Positions 33,258 through 43,610 of a DNA stretch of 64,000 nucleotides are shown piece after piece (the stretch's first letter is position 1; every line of letters starts with the position of its first letter). The position numbers were made by a program, and so were the translations under genes. The DNA comes from an uncultured Chloroflexia bacterium (lineage in GTDB: Bacteria > Chloroflexota > Anaerolineae > JAAYZQ01), in the NCBI GenBank assembly GCA_963700285.1, contig CAVOXA010000001.1, positions 640,001-704,000 of the forward strand, in the 5' to 3' direction. The notes under the pieces are model-generated. The model did no database searches. It was given only the letters and a program-made list of their open reading frames with translations, and was not told the DNA's origin.

Positions 33258-35402
33258 TTACTCCTCGTTCCAAAGCCCCCGATGCTCGATCATCCACTGC
33301 TGTGAATCAAGCTCCGGTTCACCTTCCTGGGGGTGCACCCGTTTCCAGTTCCCCGTGGCCAGTAGCCGCCGGGCCTGCATGTTGTCCTTGAGATGAACAC
33401 ATAAGATATGCTCGTACACCGAATCCCGGAGGTCCGGATCTTCTATCGGAAAGAGCTGCTCGACGCGCCGGTCCAAGTTGCGTGGCATCAGGTCGGCGCT
33501 GCCCAACAGCAATTCGCTCTGGCCGCCATTCTGGAAGTAATAGATACGGGGATGCTCTAAGAATCGGCCTACCAAGGAGGTTACAGTGATATTTTCACTC
33601 ACGCCCGGTATACCTGGGCGCAGGCAGCAGATCCCCCGCACTTGCAGATCCACTTTCACGCCGGCCTGAGAGGCCCGGTACAGGGCCTGGATGCAGGCTT
33701 TGTCCACCAAAGAGTTCATCTTGAAGGCAAGCAACCCGTCGCCGTGCTCCTCTTGCCGCTTGATCTCACGATTGATGCGCTCGATGATTTCCTGTCGCAT
33801 CAAACCTGGTGCCACCAGCAACTTGCAGTACTCTTGCTTGTAGGAGTAGCCTGTCAGCACGTTGAAAAGCTCCGACACATCGGCGCTAAGGTCGGGGTCG
33901 CTCGTCATAAAGCCAATGTCAGAGTAGAGGCGAGCCGTGGTATCGTTATAATTACCTGTACTCATGTGGACATAACGCCTGATGCCGTCCCACTCCCGGC
34001 GGATCACAAGAAGAAGTTTGGCGTGGGTCTTGAGGCCTACCAGACCGTATACGACGTGCACGCCTGCTTCTTCTAGGGCTCGGGCCCAGACGATATTGTT
34101 CTCCTCGTCAAAACGGGCTTTTAGTTCCACCAGCACGGCAACTTGTTTTCCGTTCTCACGCGCTTTCCGAAGAGCATCAACCACGGGCGAGTCTGGGCCG
34201 GCTCGGTACAGCGTCTGCTTAATGGCCAATACATCCGGGTCCGCCGCCGCCTCCTGTACAAGATCCACGACGGGGGTAAAGCTATCGTAGGGGTGGTAGA
34301 GCAGCACGTCCTGCCGCTGGAGTACTGAAAAGATCGACTCATCCGTGGTCAAGGGCGGTGGCACCGCTGGTAGGAAGGGGGGATCCTTAAGCACAGGGTT
34401 GCTGATCTTTGTTAGCTCCATCAGGCTGGCCAGACCCAGAGGCGCGTCCCACGTATACACCTGGTAGGGAGCCAGTCCCAGGTTGGTGACAAGGATCTTG
34501 CGGATCCGCTCGGGCAGGTTGGTGTCCACCTCCAGCCGCACAGCAGAACCAAATTGCCGTTGCCGCACACTTACCTGGATTGCGGCCAAAAGATCAGCAG
34601 CTTCGTCTTCCTCGATCTCGGGCTCAGCATCACGGGTTACGCGGAAGGGATGGGCGGCCACAATCTCCATCCCAGGGAAAAGTAGATCCAGGTTGGCGGC
34701 GACGACTTCCTCCAACCAGACATAGTTGTTGGATGTGTCATCCAAGAGGCCCAAACTCTCATAGCTTTCGGCTACTTCTTCACCAGGAATGCGCAGCAGG
34801 CGAGGGAACACGGCTGGTACCTTCAGCCGGGCAAACCGCTCGCCATATCGTGGATCATTGAGTACAACGGCAAGGTTGATGCTTAGGTTGGAGATGTGCG
34901 GGAAGGGGTGCCCTGGATCAAAAGCCAACGGTGTCAGCGCTGGGAAAACCTCGCGTTCAAAGTAGCGGCGCAGCAACTTTCGCTGCTTGCCCTTGAGTTC
35001 GTCGTGGTCCAGGATGTCGATGCCAGCCTGCTCCAGTTTGGGCAACAGGTCATCTCGCCAACACTCTCCGTGCTGGTCAAGCATGGGCAACAACTCCTGG
35101 CGGATGGCCATCAACTGCTCGGCAGGCGTCATCCCATCTGGCGGCGTGTCAATAATGTCGGCTTCCAACTGTCGCCGAAGACCCGAGACGCGTATCATAA
35201 AGAACTCGTCCAGATTGCTGGCAAAGATCGACAGGAACTTGACTCGTTCCAACAGGGGGTGGCGTTCGTCAATCGCCTCCTCCAGTACGCGCCGGTTGAA
35301 ATGCAGCCAACTCAACTCCCGGTTGATGTACAAGCTGGGATCATTCAGGTCTATGGACTCGGTCATCTTCTGGTCCTTCTCACCCGCAACTTCAGTCATC
35401 AC
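33258..35402 (-). CDS. ppk1: Polyphosphate kinase 1
   Basis: YINRELSWL, NLDEFFMIRV, HPFPHISNLS, HPYDSF, IKQTLYR, ELKARFDEENN, KTHAK, RFLEH, GSADLMPRNLDRRVE. Confidence 0.97.
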   Translation of the reverse strand: MMTEVAGEKDQKMTESIDLNDPSLYINRELSWLHFNRRVLEEAIDERHPLLERVKFLSIFASNLDEFFMIRVSGLRRQLEADIIDTPPDGMTPAEQLMAIRQELLPMLDQHGECWRDDLLPKLEQAGIDILDHDELKGKQRKLLRRYFEREVFPALTPLAFDPGHPFPHISNLSINLAVVLNDPRYGERFARLKVPAVFPRLLRIPGEEVAESYESLGLLDDTSNNYVWLEEVVAANLDLLFPGMEIVAAHPFRVTRDAEPEIEEDEAADLLAAIQVSVRQRQFGSAVRLEVDTNLPERIRKILVTNLGLAPYQVYTWDAPLGLASLMELTKISNPVLKDPPFLPAVPPPLTTDESIFSVLQRQDVLLYHPYDSFTPVVDLVQEAAADPDVLAIKQTLYRAGPDSPVVDALRKARENGKQVAVLVELKARFDEENNIVWARALEEAGVHVVYGLVGLKTHAKLLLVIRREWDGIRRYVHMSTGNYNDTTARLYSDIGFMTSDPDLSADVSELFNVLTGYSYKQEYCKLLVAPGLMRQEIIERINREIKRQEEHGDGLLAFKMNSLVDKACIQALYRASQAGVKVDLQVRGICCLRPGIPGVSENITVTSLVGRFLEHPRIYYFQNGGQSELLLGSADLMPRNLDRRVEQLFPIEDPDLRDSVYEHILCVHLKDNMQARRLLATGNWKRVHPQEGEPELDSQQWMIEHRGLWNEE

Positions 35403-35623
35403 TCCTCGATGCCATCTGCTGTCTTTTGCTCAAGGGCAGCTTCATGCCGGACCGCTGCCACTTGCCTGGCGCAGTCGCAGATGGCCCCTTTCTTGTACCA
35501 AAGCCTAAACTTGGGCCGAGACGAGCAGGATCATACCACACTTCGGTCCTAAAGTCAATCCTTCTGAGGAATCATTGAACCATAACCTGGGGTTCAGATT
35601 CGCAAAAGAACGAATGCAATAGC

Positions 35624-36922
35624 CTAGAGCAGACAGGCTCCCTCTTCCCCATGCCGCGGGTCGAGCAAGCGGAAGCTCATCCAGGTAGCGATTGCCATCA
35701 GTATCACACCGCTGGCCAGTAGGCCTGGGTAAGACCAGACGTCGACAAGTGCCCCGACCACCAGTGGCAGCAAGGCTACAGGAAGGAGCAGCGTATTCTG
35801 CAGTGCTACGCAGGTGGGGCGCAATTGTACCGGCGCCATCTCCAAGATAAAGTTAGGGTAACCCAAGCGCATGCCGCTAATCGTCGCACCCAACAGTGCA
35901 AAGACAAGAACAAAGAGGGTCTCTGTCGTCCACGGCGCCAGCAAGGCTAGCAGTGGAGCCAGCGTGCCGGTCAGGGCGGTACCAATAATCACCGTGCGGT
36001 TGCCGTAGCGGTCGCCCAGCCAGCCCCAGAGCAGATTTGAAACTGCCCCGCCCGCCATTTGGGCCGCCAGGTAGACGCCCACCATACCCGGATCGACGCC
36101 TACCTCGGAGCGGGCATAGAGTACGTAAAAGGGCGCCAGGGCCAATGCTGCGGTTGTCAACCCTCTTGCAGCAAGCAGCCGGCGAAAATTGAGATTCTGC
36201 CGGGCAAGCACGCCAGCCCTCCGCAGCAGGCCGCCCAGTGATTGGGAGACACGCTTGACTGGGTACACAGGCTCTTTGATCAAGGCGAAGCCAGTGAAGG
36301 CGACAAGCAAGCAGCCAGCGCTCAGCAGGAAGATCAGTGCGAAATTCTCGGCGTAGGGAAAGCGCTCTGGCCGGTCCAGGATGTACTTGACCACGTACCC
36401 TGCGCCGATGGCCAGCAGATAGCCCAACAATTGCCGCAACCCGGCAAAGAGACCCCGTCGCTGGGCTGGGATCGCCTTGGAGAACACGTCAGCGTAGACC
36501 ACCGTGCCCATGCCTCCAGCCATGGAAAAGAGGCCGAAGAGCAAGATCAATACGGCCAGCACCAGCTCTGGTTGAGTCTGAGCATAGGTCACGGTGAGAT
36601 AAGCCAACACAGCCCAGCTTACCCAGCGGATGGTGATGATCCACAGCAGGTAGGGCTTCTTTCGTGGTTTGTCCTCCACCAGGTAGGCGGTGAACATCTG
36701 GGGCAGTACCTCACCAATGCCCTGTACTGCTGCCATCAGGCCCACGGCCACAGGTGAATCGGTCAGGGTAGCTACAAAAGCAGGCAGGACGGTGTAGATG
36801 CTACCAAAGGCCGTGGAAGCCTGGAAAAAGACCCCGTGTACCAAACCAGCTGCAAAGTTTCGGTGATAGTAGCGTTCACTGTCCTCTTCGAACTGGGTCA
36901 GAGTAGGAGTATCATTGCTCAC
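35624..36922 (-). CDS. MFS transporter
   Basis: About 12 hydrophobic helices; motif A-like GWLGDRYGNR. Confidence 0.88.
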   Translation of the reverse strand: MSNDTPTLTQFEEDSERYYHRNFAAGLVHGVFFQASTAFGSIYTVLPAFVATLTDSPVAVGLMAAVQGIGEVLPQMFTAYLVEDKPRKKPYLLWIITIRWVSWAVLAYLTVTYAQTQPELVLAVLILLFGLFSMAGGMGTVVYADVFSKAIPAQRRGLFAGLRQLLGYLLAIGAGYVVKYILDRPERFPYAENFALIFLLSAGCLLVAFTGFALIKEPVYPVKRVSQSLGGLLRRAGVLARQNLNFRRLLAARGLTTAALALAPFYVLYARSEVGVDPGMVGVYLAAQMAGGAVSNLLWGWLGDRYGNRTVIIGTALTGTLAPLLALLAPWTTETLFVLVFALLGATISGMRLGYPNFILEMAPVQLRPTCVALQNTLLLPVALLPLVVGALVDVWSYPGLLASGVILMAIATWMSFRLLDPRHGEEGACLL

Positions 36923-37063
36923 GCGCTCTCTCCATGGTCGGTTGTAGTTGTGACACAGGGTCCGTGATACGATACGTATGGCGCCGGTTCGCGCCTGGGC
37001 CAGCGGACTGCTATGATGGTCTCCAGTCGGATCAGGGGTTTCTGCCTGGAGGACTCTTGGTCA

Positions 37064-37150
37064 TCAGATATGTTCTTTTCCCTGCCAGCGTTCGGTGCCG
37101 GTGAATAACATGTGTTCCATAGCGGGATATGCCATTACTGTACGTATCAT
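37064..37150 (-). CDS. Putative small protein (28 aa) upstream of MFS
   Basis: TTGACT-17-TAAAAT promoter (37170-37198), AGGAGG RBS, MIRTVMAYPAMEHMLFTGTERWQGKEHI. Confidence 0.35.
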   Translation of the reverse strand: MIRTVMAYPAMEHMLFTGTERWQGKEHI

Positions 37151-37304
37151 AGACCACCTCCTGGGACCCATTTTACTCCTTCCCCGCCAGGGAGTCAACC
37201 CTCGACGTTGAGCAAAGTGAGGGATGGAATCCACAATCTCAGGTTCAGAGACATATGGGGGCTATTCCCCCCAGTTCCTGGGATCTGTCAGAAACCGCAA
37301 CCGA

Positions 37305-37333
37305 TTGACCCCAAATCTGGACTGTGATATACT
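37305..37333 (+). promoter_or_regulatory. Promoter for yraN-miaA
   Basis: TTGACC-17-TATACT with TGn. Confidence 0.55.
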
Positions 37334-37506
37334 CATGCTGGATGGATAGTAGGGCCCGCCCGAAATCATGGATAGCGGCAGCATAAGCCTGGCCTGTCCG
37401 AAATTCGTGTGCCTTGCGTGTTGAAGGACAGCAGCCATCGCACCAGTCAGATGCTACAGACTGTCCAGGGGTTGTATGGGCCCGGCCGCAAGCGCTGGAG
37501 GATTGC

Positions 37507-37878
37507 GTGGCGATCGGTGATGACCGGCGGGGCTTGGGCCGGCGGGGTGAAGATCTTGCTGCCCAGCACCTGACCAGCAAGGGCTACGAGATCTTGGCCC
37601 ACAATTGGCGGTGTGGGGCCGGCGAATTGGACCTGGTGGCCAGCGACGGCGATTGCCTGGTTCTTGTGGAGGTACGGGCCCGCCGGGGTCGTGCGCTGGG
37701 CAGCCCCGAGGAATCGATAACCCTGTCCAAGCAGGCGAGGCTCGCCATCCTGGCCGAGGCCTACGTTCAAGCTCACGATTGGGCTGGAGACTATCGGATC
37801 GATGTGATCGCCATCGAGTTCGACCGGCGCGGGCGATTGCTCCGGATGGATCACTATGAGAACGCCGTTACAGGCTGA
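37507..37878 (+). CDS. YraN family (UPF0102) putative endonuclease
   Basis: LGRRGEDLAAQHL..KGYEILAHNWR..GELDLVA..LVLVEVRAR..RIDVIAI; GTG behind GGAGG. Confidence 0.9.
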   Translation: MAIGDDRRGLGRRGEDLAAQHLTSKGYEILAHNWRCGAGELDLVASDGDCLVLVEVRARRGRALGSPEESITLSKQARLAILAEAYVQAHDWAGDYRIDVIAIEFDRRGRLLRMDHYENAVTG

Positions 37879-38920
37879 GCTACCTTGCCACGACTCGGGC
37901 CGTCTGAGGGAGGACGAGCACCCTCCTCTGGTTGCCATTGTAGGTCCGACGGCTGTGGGAAAAACCGCGCTTTCGCTACACCTGGCCGAGGTGCTGGGAG
38001 GTGAGGTTGTGTCGGCCGATTCCCGGCAGGTCTACTGCGGCATGGACATTGGTACGGCCAAAGCAAGCCTTGAGGAGCGGGCTCGCGTGCCTCACCACCT
38101 GCTGGATGTGGTGAATCCCGACCAGGTGCTCAGCCTGGCCCAGTACCAGGAGATGGCTTATGCAGCAGTGGATGCCATCCTTTTTCGGGGACATATTCCC
38201 TTTCTGGTCGGTGGGACCGGACAGTATGTGATGGCTGTCCTGGAGGGCTGGCAGGTGCCCCGGGTGCCGCCAGATCAGGCCGTGCGGCACCAGCTCTACC
38301 GCCAGGCAGAGGAAGAAGGGGCAGCGGTGCTTCACTCGCGGCTCCAGGCGCTGGATCCCGTGGCTGCCGGGCGCGTCGATGCTCGCAATATACGCCGTGT
38401 GGTCCGCGCTCTGGAGGTTTGCTTGGTCACCGGCCGGCCAATTTCGGAGCAGCAGGGGCGATCTCGGCCACCCTACCGCTGCCTGCTCGTTGGCCTGAAT
38501 TTGCCTCGCTCAGAACTCTACCGCCGCATCGATGTCCGGGTGGAGCGGATGGTGACCACTGGACTGGAGGCGGAGGTAAGGGGTCTGGTGGCGGCGGGTT
38601 ATGGCTTTGATCTACCGGCCATGTCCGGGGTGGGATATGGCCAATTTGCTCCGTACCTGGCCTGCGAGGCGACGCTGGATGAGGTGGTCGACCAGGTCAA
38701 GCGAGCCACGCGGCGTTTTGTGCGCCAACAGGGCAACTGGTTCCGCCTAAACGATAGTCGCATCCACTGGTTTGAGGCATACCCAGAACCCTTCATGGCC
38801 GTTCTGGATCTGGTATGCAGCTTTGTCACCTCACCTCCTGGAGGAGAGAATCAGCAGACCGAGGGCGGATCCCCTGGGGCGGAGTGGCCAGCAGTGCATC
38901 GACAGCCTCGTCAGATATAG
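37856..38920 (+). CDS. miaA: tRNA dimethylallyltransferase
   Basis: GPTAVGKT, SADSRQVY.GMDIGTAK, VGGTGQY, RRVVRALEV, TRRFVRQQGNWF. Confidence 0.96.
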   Translation: MRTPLQAELPCHDSGRLREDEHPPLVAIVGPTAVGKTALSLHLAEVLGGEVVSADSRQVYCGMDIGTAKASLEERARVPHHLLDVVNPDQVLSLAQYQEMAYAAVDAILFRGHIPFLVGGTGQYVMAVLEGWQVPRVPPDQAVRHQLYRQAEEEGAAVLHSRLQALDPVAAGRVDARNIRRVVRALEVCLVTGRPISEQQGRSRPPYRCLLVGLNLPRSELYRRIDVRVERMVTTGLEAEVRGLVAAGYGFDLPAMSGVGYGQFAPYLACEATLDEVVDQVKRATRRFVRQQGNWFRLNDSRIHWFEAYPEPFMAVLDLVCSFVTSPPGGENQQTEGGSPGAEWPAVHRQPRQI

Positions 38921-39007
38921 ACTTGCTGCCAGATTTGGCCTGGCCCCGAGAAACGCGATACTTCTGACCCGATCTTGTGTTATATATCGTGGGAGGTGAC
39001 AGATATC

Positions 39008-40279
39008 ATGAGCAAAGAAATGCAGGAACCCTGCGGTAGGCGTAGGGTAGTGATCACTGGCATGGGGGCACTGACTCCGGTCGGTCTTACGGCTGAGGAT
39101 ACCTGGCAGGCCCTGCTCGCTGGCCAGTCGGGCATCGACAACATGTACCTGGAAGGTCTGGATGATTGCTCTTGCCAGATTGGCGGCGAGTTGAAGGGCT
39201 TTGACGCTGGCGACTACCTGGGCCGCAAAGAGGCAAAGCGGTTAGCTCGCTTTAGCCAGATAGCCGTAATCGCCGCGCAGATGGCCATGGAGGATTCGGG
39301 TCTTCAATTGAGCGATGAGGAGCGGGAAAACGCAGGCGTGGTACAAGGCACAGCCGTGGGTGGGACCGTGATCGAGGTCGAAGATGGCCTGCGCCTGCTG
39401 GGGGCCAAGAGCCTGTCGCGCATTTCGCCGAATCACCTGCTGGCGCTGCCACCCAACATGGCTGCCTTTCACATCGCCAAGACCCTTGGCTTCCACGGCT
39501 ATTGCAACACTACGGTGACTGCCTGTGCCGCCGGCGCGCAAGCCATCGGCGACGCTGCCGAGTGGATCCGCCACGGGCGCGCTGACGTGATGATCAGCGG
39601 CGGCAGCGAGGCAACGCTTACACCGGTGGCCGTGGCCAGTTTTGCCGTGATGCGGGCCCTGTCCACGCGGAATGGCGACCCGGCTGCATCCAGTCGCCCC
39701 TTTGACGCCCAACGGGATGGCTTTGTAATGAGCGAGGGTTCGGCCATCTTTGTTCTGGAGAGCCTGGACCATGCCTTGGCGCGGGGAGCCCGGATCTATG
39801 CTGAGGTGGTGGGATATGCGGCGAATAGCGATGGCTTTCACGTCATCGCACCCAACCCAGACCCCAGTGGCTCTATCAAAGCCATCCGCCAGTCCCTGGC
39901 AGACGCCGGCATCAGCCCTCAGGAAGTATCCTGGATCAACGCCCACGGTACCAGTACCCCGCTGGGGGATGTGGCCGAGACGAAGGCCATCAAAGAGGTA
40001 TTTGGTGAGCACGCCTACCAGGTGCCGATCAGCGCCAACAAGTCGATGCTGGGGCATGGGTTGGGATCTGCGGGCGCCATGGAGTCCCTGTCCTGCGTGA
40101 TGTCCTTTCGGGACAATATCATTCCGCCGACCATAAACCTGGACTACCCTGACCCGGAGTGTGACCTGGACTATGTACCCAACACTGCCCGAGAAGTCAA
40201 GGTGGACGTAGTCCTCAAGAACTCCTTTGGAATGGGCAACCAGAATACCTGCTTGGTTTTCAAGCGGTATACTGGGTAG
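39008..40279 (+). CDS. fabF: 3-oxoacyl-ACP synthase II
   Basis: RRVVITGMG, TACAAG, SRPFDAQRDGFV, NAHGTSTPLGD, KSMLGH, KNSFG. Confidence 0.95.
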   Translation: MSKEMQEPCGRRRVVITGMGALTPVGLTAEDTWQALLAGQSGIDNMYLEGLDDCSCQIGGELKGFDAGDYLGRKEAKRLARFSQIAVIAAQMAMEDSGLQLSDEERENAGVVQGTAVGGTVIEVEDGLRLLGAKSLSRISPNHLLALPPNMAAFHIAKTLGFHGYCNTTVTACAAGAQAIGDAAEWIRHGRADVMISGGSEATLTPVAVASFAVMRALSTRNGDPAASSRPFDAQRDGFVMSEGSAIFVLESLDHALARGARIYAEVVGYAANSDGFHVIAPNPDPSGSIKAIRQSLADAGISPQEVSWINAHGTSTPLGDVAETKAIKEVFGEHAYQVPISANKSMLGHGLGSAGAMESLSCVMSFRDNIIPPTINLDYPDPECDLDYVPNTAREVKVDVVLKNSFGMGNQNTCLVFKRYTG

Positions 40280-40311
40280 CGACTAACCGTACAACTGCAA
40301 GTTCTCGCTGG

Positions 40312-42210
40312 CTACATGGCAAGGGGCATCTTCGGGTGGCTCTTTTTTTGGTTTTTTGGGGACGTGCGCTCATACTGAGCGATGTCGAGTGATTCGAGCT
40401 TTTCTTGGGTCGGTATGCCATTGGCATCCCAGCCCCGCTCCACATAATAGTCGTCCAGTACGCGATCCAGCTCAAAAACCTCCCCCTGAATGGGGCCGGC
40501 AGGCATGGGTTCGAACATACGTGGTGCCAGGGTATCATCGGCACGGGTGAAGCCAGCCTTGGTCAGGAAGAGTCGCTCCAGAGTATAGACCCGGTCGGCC
40601 GCCTCCAGCAGGCTCTCTGGAGTATAGCCAGCACCGGTAGCTTGGTTGACCATCTCGGTCAGACGAGTAGGTGCGTACCTGTTCGCCGTGTCCAGCGTGT
40701 ACCGGATGGCGACAAAGACGCACAGCCCCGCGGCATCGATGATGGCGAAAAGATCCTGGAAGTACTTGACCAGTGCCGCCTTGCCCTCGTAGGCCAGGCC
40801 ATCGATCTTTTCTCCGACGCCAAAAAGCTCCATGTACGCAGTATCTCCGGCCATGTGTGAAGCGCCGATGTTGGAGGTTGCGTACAGAAGGCCCATGCCC
40901 TTGAGCCCGCGGGCGTCGTAACTGGGGAACTCGAGCTTTTTGGCTGTCATTGACATCTCTGGGTGGCCGTATTTGTGCGCCAGACGCCAACTGCCTTCCG
41001 CGATGTCACTGCCAAACCCTTCCCGCGTCGCTGTGCGACGGATCATATCGAGCAGGCCCTCGGCATCGCCAAAGGGCAGGGGTCGTCCGACCTGCTTCTC
41101 CGTTAGAATGCCCTTGCTGTACATCTCCATGGCACAGGCGACCGTCAGTCCAGTGGATATGGTGTCCAAGCCCAGCTCATTGCAGAGGTAGTTGGCCTTG
41201 GTGATGGCGGCCAAGCTGTCGATGCCACATGCGCTGCCCAGAGAGCCGATACTCTCGTATTCAGGCCCCTCACCTCGTCCGGCAAACTGCTCGCCCCATT
41301 CTTCGGCTCTGACCTCGGTCAGACGGGCGCAGGCCAGGGGACAGGAGTAGCAGCCGCTATGCCGGATCAAAAAGTTATCCTTGAGGAACGGGCCGTTGAT
41401 CCTGGGCGTGCCCTCGAACTGGCCAAGCTGGAAGTTGAAGGTGGGGAAAACTCCCGCTTCATGGGTTACGTCGGGCACGTAGGATGTGCCATAGATGCGC
41501 ATCGTCGCACCCTGTTTGATGTCAGCTGCCAGCTGCTGGTTGGATTCTCGTACCACGGAACGTAGGGCCTTGGCGTCATACAGCTTGGGCTTTAGACCGC
41601 CTCGTACAGCCACGGCCTTGAGTTTCTTGGCGCCCATCACGGCCCCTACCCCAGAACGAGCAGCTGCCCGGTGCTTGTCGTTGATAATTGCGGCAATGAG
41701 CGCCAGGTTTTCGCCCGCAGGACCGATGCAGGCCACGCTGGCGTCGTTGCTGGTCTCGGCTCGAACGGCATCGTCGGTTTGGTGGGTATCCAGCCCCCAC
41801 AGGTGGGCCGCCTCGCGCAGTTCAGCCCGCCGTTCATCGACGTAGAGATAGACGGGCTTATCAGCCTTCCCCTCAAAGATAAAGAGGTCATAGCCCGAGC
41901 GCTTCATCATCGTAGGGAAGGTGCCGCCCGAGTTCGAGTTGGACAGCGCGCCGGTGAGCGGTGACTTGGTGACTACCATGTAGCGGTTGCCGGTCGGTGC
42001 CGGGGTGGAAGTCAGTGGCCCGGTGGCCATGATGAGCAGGTTCGAGGGCGACAGGGGATCGGCCTGGGGATCCATGCCCTCAAGCAGGTACTTGATCGCC
42101 AGACCACGCCCGCCGATGTATTTTTGGGCTTCAGCCTCAGGAATAATCTCCTCGCGGATGGTGCAATCGGAAAGGTTAATGCGCAGCAGTCTTCCGTGCC
42201 AACCGTACAT
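40312..42210 (-). CDS. Aldehyde:ferredoxin oxidoreductase family (tungstopterin)
   Basis: GGRGL, KSPLTG, CIGPAGENL, RSGVGAVMGAKKLKAV, CxxCxxxC, EGPEYES, GLDTIS. Confidence 0.95.
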   Translation of the reverse strand: MYGWHGRLLRINLSDCTIREEIIPEAEAQKYIGGRGLAIKYLLEGMDPQADPLSPSNLLIMATGPLTSTPAPTGNRYMVVTKSPLTGALSNSNSGGTFPTMMKRSGYDLFIFEGKADKPVYLYVDERRAELREAAHLWGLDTHQTDDAVRAETSNDASVACIGPAGENLALIAAIINDKHRAAARSGVGAVMGAKKLKAVAVRGGLKPKLYDAKALRSVVRESNQQLAADIKQGATMRIYGTSYVPDVTHEAGVFPTFNFQLGQFEGTPRINGPFLKDNFLIRHSGCYSCPLACARLTEVRAEEWGEQFAGRGEGPEYESIGSLGSACGIDSLAAITKANYLCNELGLDTISTGLTVACAMEMYSKGILTEKQVGRPLPFGDAEGLLDMIRRTATREGFGSDIAEGSWRLAHKYGHPEMSMTAKKLEFPSYDARGLKGMGLLYATSNIGASHMAGDTAYMELFGVGEKIDGLAYEGKAALVKYFQDLFAIIDAAGLCVFVAIRYTLDTANRYAPTRLTEMVNQATGAGYTPESLLEAADRVYTLERLFLTKAGFTRADDTLAPRMFEPMPAGPIQGEVFELDRVLDDYYVERGWDANGIPTQEKLESLDIAQYERTSPKNQKKSHPKMPLAM

Positions 42211-42243
42211 GAGTGTCGCCTCCTCTTGATTTTTCGTCTGTTC

Positions 42244-42486
42244 CTAGCCCCCGCCTACGGCGGGAAAGACAGCCAAAATGTCGCCCTCGTTCAGAACTTG
42301 ATCCCACTGCGCGTGACTGCCGTTGAGCAGGAAGGTGAAGGCATCATCCACCGGGATCGGCAGCTCGGCCAGGATGTCGCCTACCTTGTAGCCGAGTGGG
42401 ACGTCGTAGCCATAGCCTGCCTGAAGGTCGTGGTCCTGAGGCAGATAGCGGCGATAGCCAGCCAACAAGCGGACAGTAATTTGCAT
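42244..42486 (-). CDS. MoaD/ThiS sulfur carrier
   Basis: Ubiquitin-like, ends FPAVGGG; adjacent to AOR. Confidence 0.9.
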   Translation of the reverse strand: MQITVRLLAGYRRYLPQDHDLQAGYGYDVPLGYKVGDILAELPIPVDDAFTFLLNGSHAQWDQVLNEGDILAVFPAVGGG

Positions 42487-42493
42487 CGCGCCC

Positions 42494-43267
42494 TCAAAGC
42501 TGCAACTGCTGATAGCCGCTCTCAGCCAACGGTTCGATGCACCGGGGGTCGTCGTTGCCGGGGCGATTGACGAGATGGCTCACGGGGAAAGCCTCCATCT
42601 CCTCAGGTGGATAGGCGCGCAGGAGGGACTGGAGCTGCTCTGTGTCCTGGACCCTGGGATCGAGCCAAAGATCGTAATCTCGGGGATGCAGGATCACGGG
42701 CATGCGGTTGTGCAGGGGACGGAGTAGGTCGTTGGGCTCGGTAGTCAGCAGGGTACAGGACTCGATGATCGTACCCTTTCCGGAGGGATCCGAAGGGTTG
42801 TCAGCTCCACTCCAGTACTCCCACAGCCCGGCAAAGGCAAAGGGCCGCCCGTTGTGGAGACGGATGTAGAAAGGTTGCTTGCCTTGCTCGACCTGCTGCC
42901 ACTCGTAGAAGCCATCTGCCACGATGAGGCAGCGCCGTCGCCGGAAGGCGGCCCGAAACGCAGGCTTCTCAGCTACAGTCTCGGAGCGGGCATTGATCAT
43001 GCGCGCTCCGACTTTGGGGTCCTTGGCCCAGAAGGGGATCAGGCCCCAATGTAGCAGGGCCAACTCGCGAACCATATGGTCAGTTCCAAAAGACGCGTCT
43101 TCTTCAAATGACCATGTGTCTCCCTCCGCAGGCGGTACCACGCGTATCGCCGCCACCGGTTGGGTTGGGGCGATGTTGTAACGCGGCTTCATGTCTGGGA
43201 TCTCGGGCAGGTTGAACTGTATGGCCAGATCTTGTTCTGGGTCGGTTAGAGTGAATCGTCCACACAT
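42494..43267 (-). CDS. SOS response-associated peptidase (SRAP/HMCES, abasic-site protection)
   Basis: N-terminal MCGRF, RYNIAPTQ, WGLIP, NARSET, DGFYEW, HNRMPVIL. Confidence 0.95.
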   Translation of the reverse strand: MCGRFTLTDPEQDLAIQFNLPEIPDMKPRYNIAPTQPVAAIRVVPPAEGDTWSFEEDASFGTDHMVRELALLHWGLIPFWAKDPKVGARMINARSETVAEKPAFRAAFRRRRCLIVADGFYEWQQVEQGKQPFYIRLHNGRPFAFAGLWEYWSGADNPSDPSGKGTIIESCTLLTTEPNDLLRPLHNRMPVILHPRDYDLWLDPRVQDTEQLQSLLRAYPPEEMEAFPVSHLVNRPGNDDPRCIEPLAESGYQQLQL

Positions 43268-43610
43268 GCTTGTCTCACTTCCTTCCGGAGGACCCACGAC
43301 GGGGTCGCACAAATCACAGGTATTCCAGACCGGGTATCACGGCGAACCCGTCTGCCGCCCATGGTTACAGAGCATAGTATGGCACAATCTGGCTGCAAAG
43401 TCAAGGCAAACCCGTGGGGGCAAGGCGTGTGCTGCCCTGGAGGAATGCCCCTTGTCTTCACGGGGTTCAGCGCTTTGTTCGAACGGGAGGCCCACTGGAT
43501 CGCATTGGTGGCGTCCCGATGAGCCATTTAGGCACAGCGGTTCTGTTCAACGACCTGACCATGCAGGTGGTACAAAATAGAGCAATCGCTCGAAGCAGGT
43601 GGTGTCCAGC

